Below, piece after piece: positions 31,017 to 59,439 of a stretch of 64,000 nucleotides of DNA. Made by a program: the position numbers and the translations under genes. The notes under the pieces were generated by a model, which saw only the letters and a list, made by a program, of their open reading frames with translations, was not told the DNA's origin and searched no databases. Each line of letters opens with the position of its first letter. Position 1 is the stretch's first letter. The stretch is from the human T2T-CHM13v2.0 reference genome, Homo sapiens, in the NCBI RefSeq assembly GCF_009914755.1, contig NC_060946.1, one strand, 5' to 3'.

Positions 31017-31493
31017 GGTGCCCGCGGGCGCAGAAAGGCTCAGGGCGCAGGTCCGCCCGCCCGCCGCCGCCTGGCCTTGTATCCGCTGCCGCCTGGTTGT
31101 GCCTCCTGGGCCAGATGTTGGTCCCGCCCCGACGGGAGAGGCACTGGGCCTGCCCCGCCCCGCCCAGTTCTCTCCTCCTCTCCAGGATTTTTTGCTGCGG
31201 TCACCAAGCGCACCCTACTTGGGACAGGGAGGTGACCTGCCGGGAGAGTGGCCTGGGGCAGCTGGAGGCAGCCACCTCCAGGCCTCCTTACTGCGGGGGC
31301 TCCCGCCTGTTCGCAGGTGGCAGGAAAGGGAATACACTGAGATCCTCTTTCCAGCAAAATGGAGGAAATTTTTTTTTAAATGTTTTTTTTTTTTTGGGCC
31401 AGGCGCGGTGGCTCACGCCTGTAATCCCAGCACTTTGGGAGGCCGAGGCGGGCGGATCACGAGGTCAGGAGGAGATCGAGACCATCCTGGCTA

Positions 31494-31776
<283 letters not shown>

Positions 31777-32416
31777 TCAAGCAATCCTCCAACCTCCGCC
31801 ACCCAAAGTGCTGGGATTAGGGATGTGAACCACCATACCTGGCCAACATGGAGGAATTTTTAATAAACCTGGCTCAACCCTCTAGGACCCCCAGGGCTTT
31901 TGTCTAATGACCCCCAAGCTCCTTCCCCTGACCTTGAACACAGCCTGGGACCTGTCAGTGCTCACTGACTGATAGGACAGCCTCATGTGCAAAATGGTTC
32001 CTGCCCTCAAGATGGTTGGAAGGATAAGAGGACGCACCCTGGGTCAGCAGAATGTCTGGCGTTGCCTGCTCAGTAAGTGCTGGCTGGTAGGAATATATTT
32101 CAGAATTGTGTTATTACTGAGGCTGTCACCAGAGCTGGGAGCTGCAGGGGTGGAGATCCTAGGGTGTCCCAAGTGCGGAGCTCCTGGGTGAGAGCCACAG
32201 TCTGAAGGTGGAGGCATGCAAGGTGCCAGCCGTGGACCAATGGAAGCCCTGGGCAGAGTGACAGAGTGGGCGGAGAGCCAAAAGGCCACTCTGGCTGACA
32301 CAAGAGAGCCAGGCGGAGATCACTAGGAAAAGCAAGAAAAAAGTTCAGCCAGGCGCGGTGGCTCATGCTTGCAATCCTGGCACCTGGCACTTTGGGAGGC
32401 CAAGGCAGGCGGATCA

Positions 32417-32671
<255 letters not shown>

Positions 32672-32926
32672 TCAAGAGAGGAGTAGAGGGGACGTGAAGA
32701 TGAAGGAGAGAGTAAAACAGGCCACAAGACCCTGTTCCCTCTGTCCTCCCATGGAATCAAACCAAGCTCTAGTCCCGAAAGGACTAACCCAGTGGCCGTG
32801 AGCCACAGAGGCTTTTGAGCCCAGACAACGTGGCTTGTCATAACAAGCATAGAGACATGCTGTAATTGTAAAATACAAACCAAGTTTTGATGGCTTAGTA
32901 CCAGAAAAAGTAAAATGTTTCATTAA

Positions 32927-33055
<129 letters not shown>

Positions 33056-33699
33056 TGAGTAGCTGGGACTACATTCTCACCCCACCACACCCGGCTAATT
33101 TATTTTTATTTTTATTTTTATTTTTTTATAGACACAGGGTTTTGCTATGTTAGCCAGGCTGGTCTCAAACTCCTGAGCTCAAGCCATCCATCTGCTTCAG
33201 CCTCCCAAATTGCTGGTATTACAAGCGTGTGCCACTGCTCCTAGCCTCATTAATTAATTTTATATAAATGATTATATATTAAGTGATATTTTTGAATATA
33301 ATAGGACAATAAAATGTTATTAATATTACTTTCACCTGTTTCTTTTGATGTTTTAATAATTTTGAATTATTTATAATGATAATTTTTTTTCTTTTTTTAA
33401 GACAGGGTCTCAATGTGTCACCCAGGCTGGAGTGCAGTGGCAAAATCTCCGCTCACTGCAAGCTCCACCGCCCCCCACCCCTGAAGCTCAAGCAGTGCTC
33501 CCACCTCAGCCTCCCCAGTAGCAGGGACTGCAGATGTGCATCTCCACATCCGGCTAATTTTTGTATTTTTTTGAAGAAAAATACAAAACATGGTTTTGCC
33601 ATGCTGCCTAGGCTGGTCTCAAACTCCCGAGCTCAAGCGATCCTCCCGCCTCAGCCTCCCAAAGTCCTGGGATTATAGGCATGAGCCACAGTGCCCAGC

Positions 33700-34010
33700 T
33701 AAATTGTTATTTTTTAGGACAGTTTTAAGTTCACATCAAAACTGGGCAGAAAGTACAGAGTTCCCACATATCTGCTGTCCCCATACACACACAACCTCTG
33801 GTTCCAGAGATATCCATTTGCTGAAATTGATGAGCCTACACTGACACGCTAATATCACCCAAAGTTCCTAGTTTACATTAGGGCTCATTCTTGGTGTTGG
33901 ATATTCTATGGGTTTTGACAAATGTATAATGACATGTGTCCACCATTGTGGTATCACGCAGAATAGTTTCACTGCCCTAAAAATCCTCTGTGCTCCTACC
34001 TATCCTTTTT
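33700..34010 (-). mobile_element. old L1 3' end fragment (L1MD-like)
   Basis: gaaagtacagagttcccacata...gacaaatgtataatgacatg. Confidence 0.65.
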
Positions 34011-34011
34011 A

Positions 34012-34281
<270 letters not shown>

Positions 34282-34284
34282 TCA

Positions 34285-34539
<255 letters not shown>

Positions 34540-35008
34540 TCAGGAGGCTGAGACAGGAGAATCACTTGAACCCAGGAGGCAGAGACGGGGGTTGCAGTGA
34601 GCTGAGATCATGCCACTGCACTCCAGCCTGGGTGACAGAGTGAGATTCGGTCTCAAAAAATAATAATAATAATAAATAAAATAAAATTACATTTATGGAT
34701 CACATTTATGACTTGCATTATATTTAATTTGAACATTGTTTGCCCTATAGAGATTTAAAATATGTTTTTAGAAAAAGAAAGTAAATCATAAAAAATGCTA
34801 AAAGAAAGTAAAAGTGACACCACATCTCTGGAAGGGCATGGTCTGTGTTTAAAAACAATGACAGAATCACAAAGGGAAAATGAATTGATTTGACTACAAA
34901 ATACAAAAATCTATTAAACAAGAAACAGAATTAAGACATTTATCAGAGTCGGGCGCTGTGGCTCACGCTTGTAATCCCAAACTTTGGGAGACTGAGGCGG
35001 GCGGATCA

Positions 35009-35380
<372 letters not shown>

Positions 35381-35703
35381 TCAGGGTGTATTTATCAAGT
35401 GGATGAATGCCCAATCTCCAGAGTCATCAATGAAATGTGTATTCAAGTAATGAGATGCATTTTTCTCTGAAAAATCAGCAAAAACAAACAACACACACAC
35501 ACAGACACACACACACCTTTTAAGAAAAAACTACAAAATTAGCTGGGTGTGGTGGGGTGAGACTGTAGTCCCAGCTACTCAGATAATAGGCCAGGCACAG
35601 TGGCTAACACTTGTGATCCCAGTACTTTGGGAAGATCTCTTGAAGCCAAGAGTTCGAGACCAGTCCAGGCAACATAGTGGGACCTCGTCTCTACAAAAAA
35701 TTA

Positions 35704-35853
<150 letters not shown>

Positions 35854-36811
35854 TCACAAAAAGAAAGAAAATAATAAAGTCAGTTAGAAGTTGGTGAAAT
35901 GGAGACATTAATACATTGATGGCAGGAATATAAACGAATTCAGCTTTTCTGGAAAACCACTTGACCATACACTTCAGAATCCTGAAATATTTTCCCACTT
36001 TGCCCAGTGATAATCCTAACAAAAAATATTTTAAGCTTAAAGTTGTTTGTGTGTTGTTAACAGGAAGATTGGAGACAATTTTAAAGTAAGCTATGGTGCT
36101 TAATGTAGTTGATGGAAGGGTTTATAACAACAGTTTGGGAAAGACAGGACCACATAATGCATGCTTTATGCTTCTGGAACATAAAACAAAAACTACTCAG
36201 TAAAAGAAAAACTGGATAAGAAAAGAAATTTGGGGCTGGGCCCAGTGGCTCATGCTTGTAATCCCAACACTTTGGGAGGCTGAGGTAGGTGGATTGCTTG
36301 AGCCCAGGTGTTGGAAAACAGCCTGGGCAACAAAATGAGACCCCGTCTCTGCAGAAAATCAAAAAATTAGCCAGGTGTGGTGGCACGCACCAGTGGTCCC
36401 AGCTACACCAGAGGCTGAGGCAGGAGGATTGCCTGAGCCAGGGAGATCGAGGCTAAAGTGAGCCATGTTTATGCCACTGAACTCCGGCTTTGGCAACAGA
36501 GAGGAGATCTTTTCTCAAAAAAAAAAAAAAAAATCTGTTTTAAATAAATTTGCCCCAACTTTTCCCAGTTTCTGAGGAGTGGGAAAAGCCATATTTTGAA
36601 ATACCAGAGGTAACAAATCACCTCCCAAGAGAAGCTTTTATTTAACTATCACTTACAGGTACTTTCTACTTACCAGGCTGGCTCTAAGGGTTTGTAAATA
36701 TTATGATAGCTCAGGGCTGTCCAGTGGAAAAATAATACAAGCCACACGGATAACTTTCAATCCTCCAGAGCTGTGTAAAAACTCATTCTAAGCGCCGCAC
36801 GTGGTGGCTCA

Positions 36812-37042
<231 letters not shown>

Positions 37043-37325
37043 TCAAAAAAAAAAAAATTTATTCTAAGCAGACAGCGGTGGCTTGCACTTGTAATCTCAG
37101 TTGCTTGGGAGGCTAAGGTGGGAGGATCACTTGAGGCCAGGAGTTTAAGACCAGCCTAGGCAACAAAGCAAGACCTTGTCTCTAAAAAAACATTTAAAAA
37201 AAATTAGCCAGAAAAAATATTCCGGGCATGGTGACATGAACCTGTGGTCCTAGCTACCTGGGAGGCTAAGGCAAGAGGATTGCTTGAGCCCAAGAGTTTA
37301 AGTTCGCAGTGAGCTATGATCAGAC

Positions 37326-37847
37326 CGAGAGGTGAAGCCAGCTGAATTTCTGGGTCAGGTAGGGACTTGGAGAACTGTTCTGTCCTATAAGAGGATTGTA
37401 AAATGCACCAATCAGCACTCTGTGGCTTGCTAGAGGTTTGTAAAATATGCCAATCAGTGCTCTGTAAAAACGCACCAATCAGCGCTCTGTGGCTAGCTAG
37501 AGGTTTGTAAAATGGACCAATCAACGCTCTGTAAAATGGACCAATTGGCACTCAGTAAAATGGACCAATCAGCAGGATGTGGGCGGGGACAAACAAGGGA
37601 ATAAAAGATGGCCACCCCCTCCCACCCTATCCACACCACCCGCCAGCCAGCAGCGGGAACTTGCTTGGGTCTCCTTCCACAGTGCAGTATCTTTGTTCTT
37701 TTGCTCTTCACAGTAAATGTTGCTGCTGCTCACTCTTTGGGTCTCTGCCACTTTTAAGAGCTGTAACACTCACCGTGAAGGTCCACAGCTTCATTCTTGA
37801 AGTTAGCCAGACCACGAACCCACTGGAAGGAACAAACTCTGGACACA
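37326..37847 (+). mobile_element. solo LTR12F-like (ERV9) inserted in an Alu
   Basis: GAGAGGTGAAGCCAGCTG start, six CCAAT repeats, GC box, ends GGACACA; TSD AGAC (37322-37325 / 37848-37851). Confidence 0.88.
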
Positions 37848-38255
37848 AGACCACTGCATGCCAGCCTCAGCAGCAGAGAGATCCCATCTGAAAACAAAAA
37901 CATTATTTTAATAACATATCTGGCTGGGTGCAGTGGCTCACGCCTGTAATCCCAGCACTTTGGGAAGCCAAGGCAGGGGGATTATCTGAAGTCAGGAGCT
38001 CAAGACCAGCCTGGCCAACATGGTGAAACCCAGTCTCTACAAAAATACAAAAATTAGTTGGGCATGATAGTGGGTACCTATAATCCCAGCTACTTGGGAG
38101 GCTGAGGCAGGAGAATTTCTTCAATCCGGGAAGCAGAGGTTGCAGTGAGCTGAGATCACACCATTACACTCCAGTCTGGGCAACAGAGAGACACTTCGTC
38201 TCAAAACAAAACAAAAAATAATACATCCAAAATATCATTTTAATGTGATAAATAT

Positions 38256-38580
<325 letters not shown>

Positions 38581-38728
38581 TTAGATAAGTTAATTACCTC
38601 AATAATTAATAGTGAGATATGTTGCATTAATTTTTGTACTAAATCTTTAAAATGCTGTGCGTATTTAATACAGCACATTTTCATTGTAACTAGCTATATT
38701 TTGAGTGCATATTCAATAAGCCACATAT

Positions 38729-39173
38729 ATCCCCTACCAAATTCATGTTGAAGTCCTAGTCCCTGGTACTTTAGAACGTGACCTTACTTGGAAACAGGTC
38801 ATTGCAGATGTAATTAGCGGTCGTATGGGAGTAGAGTGGGCCTCTAGTCCAGTATGTCCTTATAAATGGTGCCATTTGGATGCACATGGGGAGACACGCA
38901 CATAGGGAGAACATCATGTGAAGATGAAAACAGATTGTGGAGTGATGCATCTATAATACAAGTCAAGGGGCGCCAAAGATTACTGGCCAACCATCAGAAG
39001 CTAGAGGAGAGGTGGTAAACGGAGTCTTCCTCACAATCCTTAGCAGGAACCAACCCTGCTGACACCTTGATCTTGGACTTCCAGCCTCCAGAATTCTGAG
39101 AATAAAATTCTGTTGTTCAGGCTGCTCAGTGTGGGGCACTGTGTTACATACAGCAGTCCTAGGGCACTAATAG
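38729..39173 (+). mobile_element. MaLR LTR (MLT1B/C-like), nested in a hAT MER33/MER3-like element
   Basis: ccaaattcatgttgaagtcc...ccttgatcttggacttccagcctccagaa motifs. Confidence 0.75.
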
Positions 39174-40587
39174 GATGAGTGGTTGCCATATAGGATAGTG
39201 CAGCGTTAGTGCATTTAATCCTCCTCACTGTGCTGTGCAGTCGGGCTGGGAAACTGAAGCTCGAAGAGCCTCCTGAGTCTCATATCCAGCAAGCAGCAAT
39301 GCCAGGACCGGAGCCCTGGCACTTGTCACTATGCCATGTCCTTCTGCGGGCTGAGCTCCCCTGGTTTTAGGTCACCCTCATGTCCCCCTCTATTCAATAC
39401 AGGGCAGACATCCTCCCCTGAGCCTGCAGCACAAAGATGCTTCCTTCAAACCTCAGCTGTTGCCGGGCATGGAGAACTTTAGTTCTAACCATCTGGGCGC
39501 CAGTGCTTTGGGGGGCAGATAACGCCTCTCTTACGTGGTGTGCCCTTCTCTTTCAGCCTTCCGAAATGTGGCTCATGCCCACAGTCCCTCCTGACCCGTG
39601 AGCTGAGAAGCTGGACTGTGATGATGGTGCTCTCATGGTATGCAACCTGCATCCCACATCTTAATGCCCATGCACTGTGATGCCTCTCACTCCCACCTTC
39701 CAAGTGTTCCTAAAATTTCTGGCATTGTTCATTTGCCACAGGTCCCATGCTGACAGCCCTCATTAAAGCCGGTGGCCTGCCAACTGAAGAGAACTCCCTG
39801 GGGTGAATGACATGCATTGTGGGAAGTGAAATGGGCCTTTGCCCTACATCAAAGCTGTATCAGCCGCTCCCTGAGTCTGTCTTGACCAGACAGATCCCAC
39901 TGGATGCTGCTCCAACTGTGTTGGACTTGGCTTGAGTGACTCTGGAGAGAGGGCTGGGAGGAAGCTGCCTGACACAGGTGCCCGGGGCAGGGCGGCAGCC
40001 TCTCACCTGGGCCTGACTGGGAGGTGGAAATGAGGCTCTGGGGCCTAATCAGAAGGAGTTTTCTTAGCTCCCCTCACCAACCCAGGGTGACCTCAGGGAA
40101 AGAAGAGGCCTGGTGTGGCCATGCCCTCCCTACTTCCCCAAGGAAGGGAGATGGCCGCTAGGGCCTGGAAGAGAGAGGGATGGGGAAGGGGAACCTAGCC
40201 AGCTGCCCTAAAGTCCTGGGACCAGGGGAAAAGGTGGATTAGGGTTCAGGGGCCCTAGGGCCACACTTGGACTTCTTTCTTTCCCTACAAAAGCAGGAGT
40301 AGGGGGGTGCAGTGGCTCATGCCTATAATCCCAGCACTTTAGGAGGCCAAAGCAGGAGGCTTGCTTAAGGCCAGAAGTTTGAGACTAGCCTGGGCAACAT
40401 AGTGAGACTGCGTCTCCTCAAAAAGAAGAAAAAAAAAATTAGCCAATAGAGTAGAAAGCACCTATAGTCCCAACTACTTGGAGGTCTGAGGTGAGAGGCT
40501 CACTTGAGCCCAGGAGTTCGAGGCTGCAGCGAGCTATGATTGTGCCGCTGAACTCCAGCCTGGGCAACAGAACAAGACCCTGTCTCA

Positions 40588-41055
<468 letters not shown>

Positions 41056-41960
41056 CTAGTTAGTGGCACCTCACATCCTCAGACCTCCTGGTTAAATGGT
41101 CAAACAGACCCTACTCCTCTTTTTCAGAGTATGATCTTCATTAGGCATTGTTTGTGGTGACTGTTTGACTCACCCCGTTAACTCTCACCACATTTGCCAT
41201 GCTCATCGTGGTACCCATGATCCTACTTTACAGATGCAGAGACTGAGCTTCTGGGGCTGGTAACAGCCTGAGCCAGGATTTGAACCCTTATCCATTTGCA
41301 TCCAAGGCCTCTTGTCCTTAATCACCACACTATCCTGGCTCCCTGAAGATAATGTGTTCCGGAAGAGGTCTAAGCAACAGCACTGCACTGGGGGCTCCTG
41401 GAATGTCTCCCAAAGGAGATGGCATTTAGGATGGGCCTCTAAGGTAGAAAGGGGAGGAGGACATTCTGGGTAGAGGTGACCACCCAAAGAAACTCACAGA
41501 GGTAAGAGAGAGGAGAAACGTCACGAAGGCAGCAAGCTTGAAAACATTGAGGGGAGGTCACCAAGGAACTTCAGGCCATGCTGCGGGCTTTGGGCCATCC
41601 CTTCTCAGTGGTGGGGAGCCATGGAAGGTTTCAAAGGAAGAGACCAATGTGATTCCACCTGTGCCTGGAAGATAACCATGGGCCCGATCTGAAGAATGAC
41701 CTGGGAATAGCGGACATTCAGAGCAGGGAAACTGGTCTGAAGCCTGTTGCAAAGATTCATGGTGGGTGTGAGGAGGAGCAAGCAGTGGGCGGGGAGAGGT
41801 CAGCGCCTCACCTTTGCTCCACACCAGATCTCTATCAGCAAGCTCGCTCAGGGAGTATCAAGGGCTGGGTATTGTTTGGTACCTGGTCTGTGGACATTAT
41901 GTTCTACCTGTAAATTACAAATACATTACAGCTGATTGTTTTGAGCACTTCAGATAACTT

Positions 41961-42432
41961 GGATGCAGGGCAGGCAAGTCCTAAAGTGGGGCTTAGCCTT
42001 TGAGGGTTCTTGACTTTGCACAGGAAAGAATTCAAGGGCAAGCTGGAGGTAGAAGAAAACAGCTTTATCGAAGAGGCAGTGTTGTAGGTCTGTGACTGCC
42101 CCTGCAGAGTGGGGCTACCCCATAGGCAGGGAGTAGCAGCCCAGGACAGTTTTGCAGTCACATTTATACCCACTTTTAATAACATGCGGACCAAGGGGTA
42201 GTTTATGCAGAAATTTCTAGGGAAGGGGTAGTAACTTTTGGGTCATGGGGTCATTGCCATGGAAAGGGGCGGTAACTCCCAAGTGTTGTTATGGCAATGG
42301 TAAACTGATATGGCACACTGATGGTCATGTCTGATGGAACGCTGCTTCCACTCCAGCCCTGTTTTAGCTTGTCCTCAATTTGGTCCAGTGTCCAAGCCCT
42401 GCCCCTGGAGTCGAGTCCCGTCTCCTACCTCA
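41961..42432 (-). mobile_element. ERV1 solo LTR (MER66/MER50 group)
   Basis: minus strand begins TGAGGTAGGAGACGGGACTCGACTCC; ATAAAG signal; family from memory. Confidence 0.65.
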
Positions 42433-44305
42433 CTTTAAACAGCAAATGCAGAGATCCAATGGCCCCCAGATTAGTACTATACTTATATTTAAACCTGTTC
42501 CTAAACATCCCACCTGAAATTAATCTGTGGATTGACTCTTTCTGTTCTACTTTTATACCTTCCTACAGTGTAGTCACATGGTTACAGTGTAGGGTTACAG
42601 CTGCACACTTTGACATCTTCCTTGAGTTTCAAAATTAGCATTTTACTATTTTGTTGGAATTGTTATCTGAATAGGCCCAACTGAAACAAAATTGGCATTA
42701 GACATTTCTTGGTGTTACAACTCCAAGTTATTAACCAATTAACTCTACATTGCAGGGGGCATGGAACCTGGGACTTCTCCCAAGGGGATTAAAACCTGAG
42801 CTGATGGTTATCAGGCTGAATTTACTAGGTATGGTTAAACTTTGTTACCTCAATCAGACTTGTCAAGTTCACACCTTTTATGCAGGGTGGGTTGATTTGT
42901 TTACAGCCTGATATGCCCCTTCTCTCCTCCGACATGGCTGTTTATGCCATCCAGTTGTTAGGAGTCATCGGTGTGATTGGCTTCTTTAGTATTTTGCCTC
43001 AGCTGGGTGCAGTGGCTCATGCCTGTAATCCTAGCACTTTGGGAAGCAGAGGCAGGCGGATCACTTGAGGTCAGGAGTTCAAAACCAGCCTGGCCAACAT
43101 GGTGAAACCTCGCCTCTACTAAAAATACAAAAAAAATTAGCCAGGTGTGGTGGCGGGCACCTGTAATCCCAGCTACTCAGGAGGCTGAGGCAGGAGAATC
43201 ACTTGAACCCAGGAGGCAGAGGTTGCAGTGAGCCAAGATCATGCCACTGCACTCCAGCCTGGGTGACAGAGTAAGACTCTGTTTCTCTCTCTCTCTCTCT
43301 TTCGCTCTCTCTCTCCATATATATATATATCTCCTCATTGGTTGGACTATTTGGAGGAATCATCTCGTAAGAGATGAAGGATCAGTTTGGCTCAGGTGGC
43401 TCTCTCTTTAGAAGATTTGATGATGTCATAATGTTTTTGAGTTTTTCTTACCCAGGCTGGAGTACAATGGTGCAATAACAGCTCACTGCAGCCTGAAACT
43501 CCCGGGCTCAAGTGATCCTCCCACCTCAGCCTCCTGAGTAGCCAGGACTACCAGCATGCACCACCATGCCTGGCTAATTGTCTTTCATTTTCTGTAGAGT
43601 TGGTGGGGGGAGGGGGAGTCTTGCTATGTTGCTCAGGTTGATCTCAACCTCCTGGCTTCAAACAATCCCCCCTTCTCAGCCTCCCAAAGTGCTAGGATTA
43701 CAGGCATGAGCCACCATGCCTGGCCGATATCATCAGGTTATACAGAGTTTTCCACAATGATACATACATCCTATATATCCACACTGTCCAATTTGCTAGT
43801 GTCAAAGATAAACAAAGCCAAACCCTAATTAAAGGAATGGAGACAAACTATTCAGTAGTCTCCATTATTACAATAACCATTGTAATAGGAAAGACAGCCC
43901 AACATCAACTCAACTCAACTTCACTGAAACAAAAAGCAGGAGACTTTTTTTTTTGAGGTGGAATCTCGCTCTGTCACCCAGGCTGATCCTCCCACCACAG
44001 TCTCCCAAGTAGCTAGGACTACAGGTGCACATCACCATGCCCTGCTAATTTTTATTTTTTTGTAGAGTCGGAGTATTGCTGTGTTGCCCAGGCTGTTCTT
44101 GAACTCCTGGCCTCAAGGGATCCTCCCACCTAGGCCTCCCAATGTGCCGGGATGAGAGGCGTGAGCCACCATGCTTGGCCTCTCAGATCCTTTTAGAGAC
44201 AGTTTTGGGTGGTGGAAAGTTTGCATCTGAAAGGGGCAGAGAAAGGATTTATAATTGCAAACCTTCACAAGTGGGCATTTTAAGGGGGAGACTGGGGCCA
44301 TCCTA

Positions 44306-44536
<231 letters not shown>

Positions 44537-44602
44537 CTAGGTGTGATGGCGCATGCCTATAATCCCAGCTACTCAGGAGGCTGAGGCAGGAGAATTGCTT
44601 AA

Positions 44603-45139
<537 letters not shown>

Positions 45140-47153
45140 TGACAGGACACACTCAGTGACAAGGTACAGAAAGACTGGAAGGAAGGGGCCCTCAGGGGGC
45201 AAGATTAATTTCAGGAGCAGGGTGGGGGGAGGCGGGATGAAGAGCTGGATGGAAAACACCTGATGAGGCAGGAGCTGCAGCGTGATCCTCCCAGCGATGG
45301 GAGAGCCACACCAGTCTCCCCCTACCCTTGGAAAGGGGACTAGGAGTTCCCTGAAGCCTGAACTGTTGGAGGCTCAGCCACAAAGTCCTGCTGTGGTGGT
45401 TAGGCTGGCCCAGGAAATTGCTGCCTGCTGAGCACCAGCCATAGGACATGAGGGTCCGGCTCCCAGTGGCTGTCCTTGGCAGCCAGCCTGAGGCCAAGGC
45501 TTAAGGGGCTGTGGGTCAGACAGGAGGCCCTGGGAGGTGTGGTACAGAAGACGAATCCCTTAGCAGAGTGTCCCGCAATTCATCAGAGCCTCATGCTCAG
45601 CTGAGCCAGAGGACTTTGACATTACTCATTCATTCATTCACTCATTCATTAAATCATTCGTTATGCAATAGCTACTCCATGCTGTGCACCAGCCCAGAGC
45701 TGGAGGTTGTTAGTGGAGAACTCTAGATGGTAAATGTCAGGAGGCCCTCTGTGAACCACCGAGGCTTCAGCTACCAAGAGGCTTTTCAGGCCAGCAGCCC
45801 ACCTAGCTCCTAATCCAGGGCCCATCTGTTCTTCCAGAGCAGAGACCCAGGCCTCCCCCTCCCTTTGGTGGGGGCCACCACCAAGCTGGAGTATGCACAA
45901 GGGGCTGCCTTCCCGGCTGCTAGAGTTATCATCACCATGGCCAAGGTCGTGCCCAGCCATGGAATGTGTATACTGAGAGCTGAAGATGGTTTACCCAATG
46001 CCCAGGGCCCACATGGGCGGCTGCCATCTGTGTCACCTCTCCACAGTGCTTATTGAACTTTGATGGATACTAAACCATTGATTTAGTATTACACCAGTGA
46101 TTCTCCCATGTGCACACACCATTCAAAGGGAATAGTCTGGCTGGGTGTGGACTACTTTGGGAGACTGAGGCAGGAGGATCACTTGAGGCCAGGAGTTAGA
46201 AACCAGCCTGGGCAACCGAGTGAGACCCTGTCTCTAAAAAAAATTAAAAAATTAACTGGGCATGGTGGTGTGCACCTGTAGTCCCAGCTACATGGCAGGC
46301 TGAGGTGGGAAGATCACTCGAGCCCAGGGGTTCAAGGCTGCAGTGAGCTATGATCATGCTACTAAACTCCAGCCTGGGTGACAGAACGAGGCCCTGTCTC
46401 TAAAAAATAAAAATAAAAAAAGGAAGAGTCCATGGAAAGTCATATAAGTTCACAAGCTAACAGCAGTGGAAGCCAATAGGTATGGAACCAGTGGCTACAC
46501 AAAGGTCACAGAGAACAGACACATGCCCTGAATCTGGACAAGAGGTCTCTGCAGGGTGAGATGAGGAGCCAGCCTTACATGGCCTGGAAAGAGCAGGCAG
46601 GCACCCTTGGAACTATCAGGTGAATTAAGAGAAGTCCAGAAACAGGGCAGGTGGGACGGTTGAATTCTGGGGCAGGCATAAGGGAGTCTCTGAGGTCGAC
46701 ATGCAAGAGACCAGGGGCAGGGCTGGCCCACACTGCAGGTGGAGCTGGCAGCCAGATGGGAGGAGATGCAGGGAGGGCATTAGGCCCAGAGTGCACCTGG
46801 AGATCAGAACTGGGGGCACCTAACAGGGGCCTGTAGGGCAGCCAGGACAAGCACAGGAAGATGGGACCAAGATGCATGGAGAAAGCTTGTGGGACAGTGC
46901 AGCGTGGCTCCCTGGTGGGCTCCAACACTAGTTATCAGCTCCCAATAGCAGCTGCCTTCCCCTGGAGGCTTGCTGGTGCCTGCGGAATCTCCTTTATCCT
47001 ATAGCAACCACTCTATGAGGCAGACGCTATCTCACCCATTTGCCAATGAGGAGATGGAGGCTCAGAGAGGTCTGATCACTGGCCAAAGCCAGGCAGTGAG
47101 TGCTAGAAACAGCACTTGAACTCGAGCCTGTCTCATCTCACACACCATGCCTG

Positions 47154-47461
47154 CCTTTTCTTTTTCTTTCTCTTTCTTTTTCTTTCTTTTCTTTCTTTCT
47201 TCCTTTCCTCCCTTCCTTCTTTCTTTCCTTCTTTCTCTTTTCTTTCCTTTTTCTTTCTTTCCTTCCTTCTTTTTCTTTTCCTTTCTTTCTCTCTTTCTTT
47301 CTCTCTCTCTCTCCCTCCCTCTCCTCCTCCTCCTTCTTTTTCTTCCTCTTCTCCTCCTCCTCCTTCTTCTTCCTTTTCTTTCCCTTCCTTCTTTCCTTTC
47401 CTTCCTTCTTCCTTTCTCCCCTTCTTCCCCTTCCCCTTTCCTTTCCTTTTTCTTTCTTTTT
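47154..47461. repeat. 308-bp uninterrupted polypyrimidine/polypurine tract
   Basis: only C/T on the + strand. Confidence 0.95.
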
Positions 47462-47569
47462 ACAGAGACAGAGAACTCCTGGGCTCAAGTGATCCTCCCA
47501 CCTCAACCTCCCAGAGAGCTGAAATTACAGGTGTGAGCCACTATGCCCAGCCGACCATGCCTTTTTCAT

Positions 47570-48520
<951 letters not shown>

Positions 48521-48690
48521 ATGCCCGTGTTTCCATTTTTGGACAGGATTCCTGTAAAGTAGGCAATTAGGGAAGAACTTTGGCTGTCATTTGGGGCTGC
48601 CACATTGAGAACAAGCTGGGACAACATGTGAGTGACAGGATCCTGGGCAGAATCTCAGCTGACAGCATAGCCAGACCCAAAGAGGCCTGA

Positions 48691-49071
<381 letters not shown>

Positions 49072-49235
49072 TAATCAGGAGATTGGATGAAGATCCAGAG
49101 CTCAAGCAGATTCTCAGATGCTATAACAGTGGGAGGGAACGTGTATGTGGAAGACAGAATAGAGAGTTTAAAATTCTTTCTAGATGGGAAACTGTGAGGT
49201 TGGATTTCCATTCAGAGCAGCATTGCACAACTGCT

Positions 49236-50091
<856 letters not shown>

Positions 50092-50398
50092 TAGAAGAGT
50101 AACTTATTTCTTGGTATTGGTTGATAGAAAAAAGCCTGGGGTTTTTGCTGAGCTTGAGGTCACAGCAGGTCATAGTGGGGATGGAGTGTCTGTGTTGCTT
50201 TGCTGTGACCATCGGGCCACCACTAGGACACTGTCCCAGCCGTTCCTGAGGAGTGGGCCAGCTGTGATGCATAGGCTGTGACCTGCTGTTGTAGAATCCC
50301 TGTTCCTGAGAGGTTGAACAGGGTCTGGCCAGGGAAGGCTGTGAACTCATTGTGGATTCAGAGATCAAAGAGGAGGGTGTGGGGACCATGAGGTTCAC

Positions 50399-59439
<9,041 letters not shown>

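Noticed and set aside
37395-37575. Regularly repeated GTAAAA...CCAATC units resembling a repeat-spacer array
   Set aside because: normal tandem enhancer repeats of LTR12; no unique spacers; human DNA, not CRISPR
42433-43000. Unassigned AT-rich stretch, with similar ones at 43800-44400 and 45720-46500
   Set aside because: probably old ERV/LTR remnants, but I cannot assign a family or find coding similarity without a Dfam search
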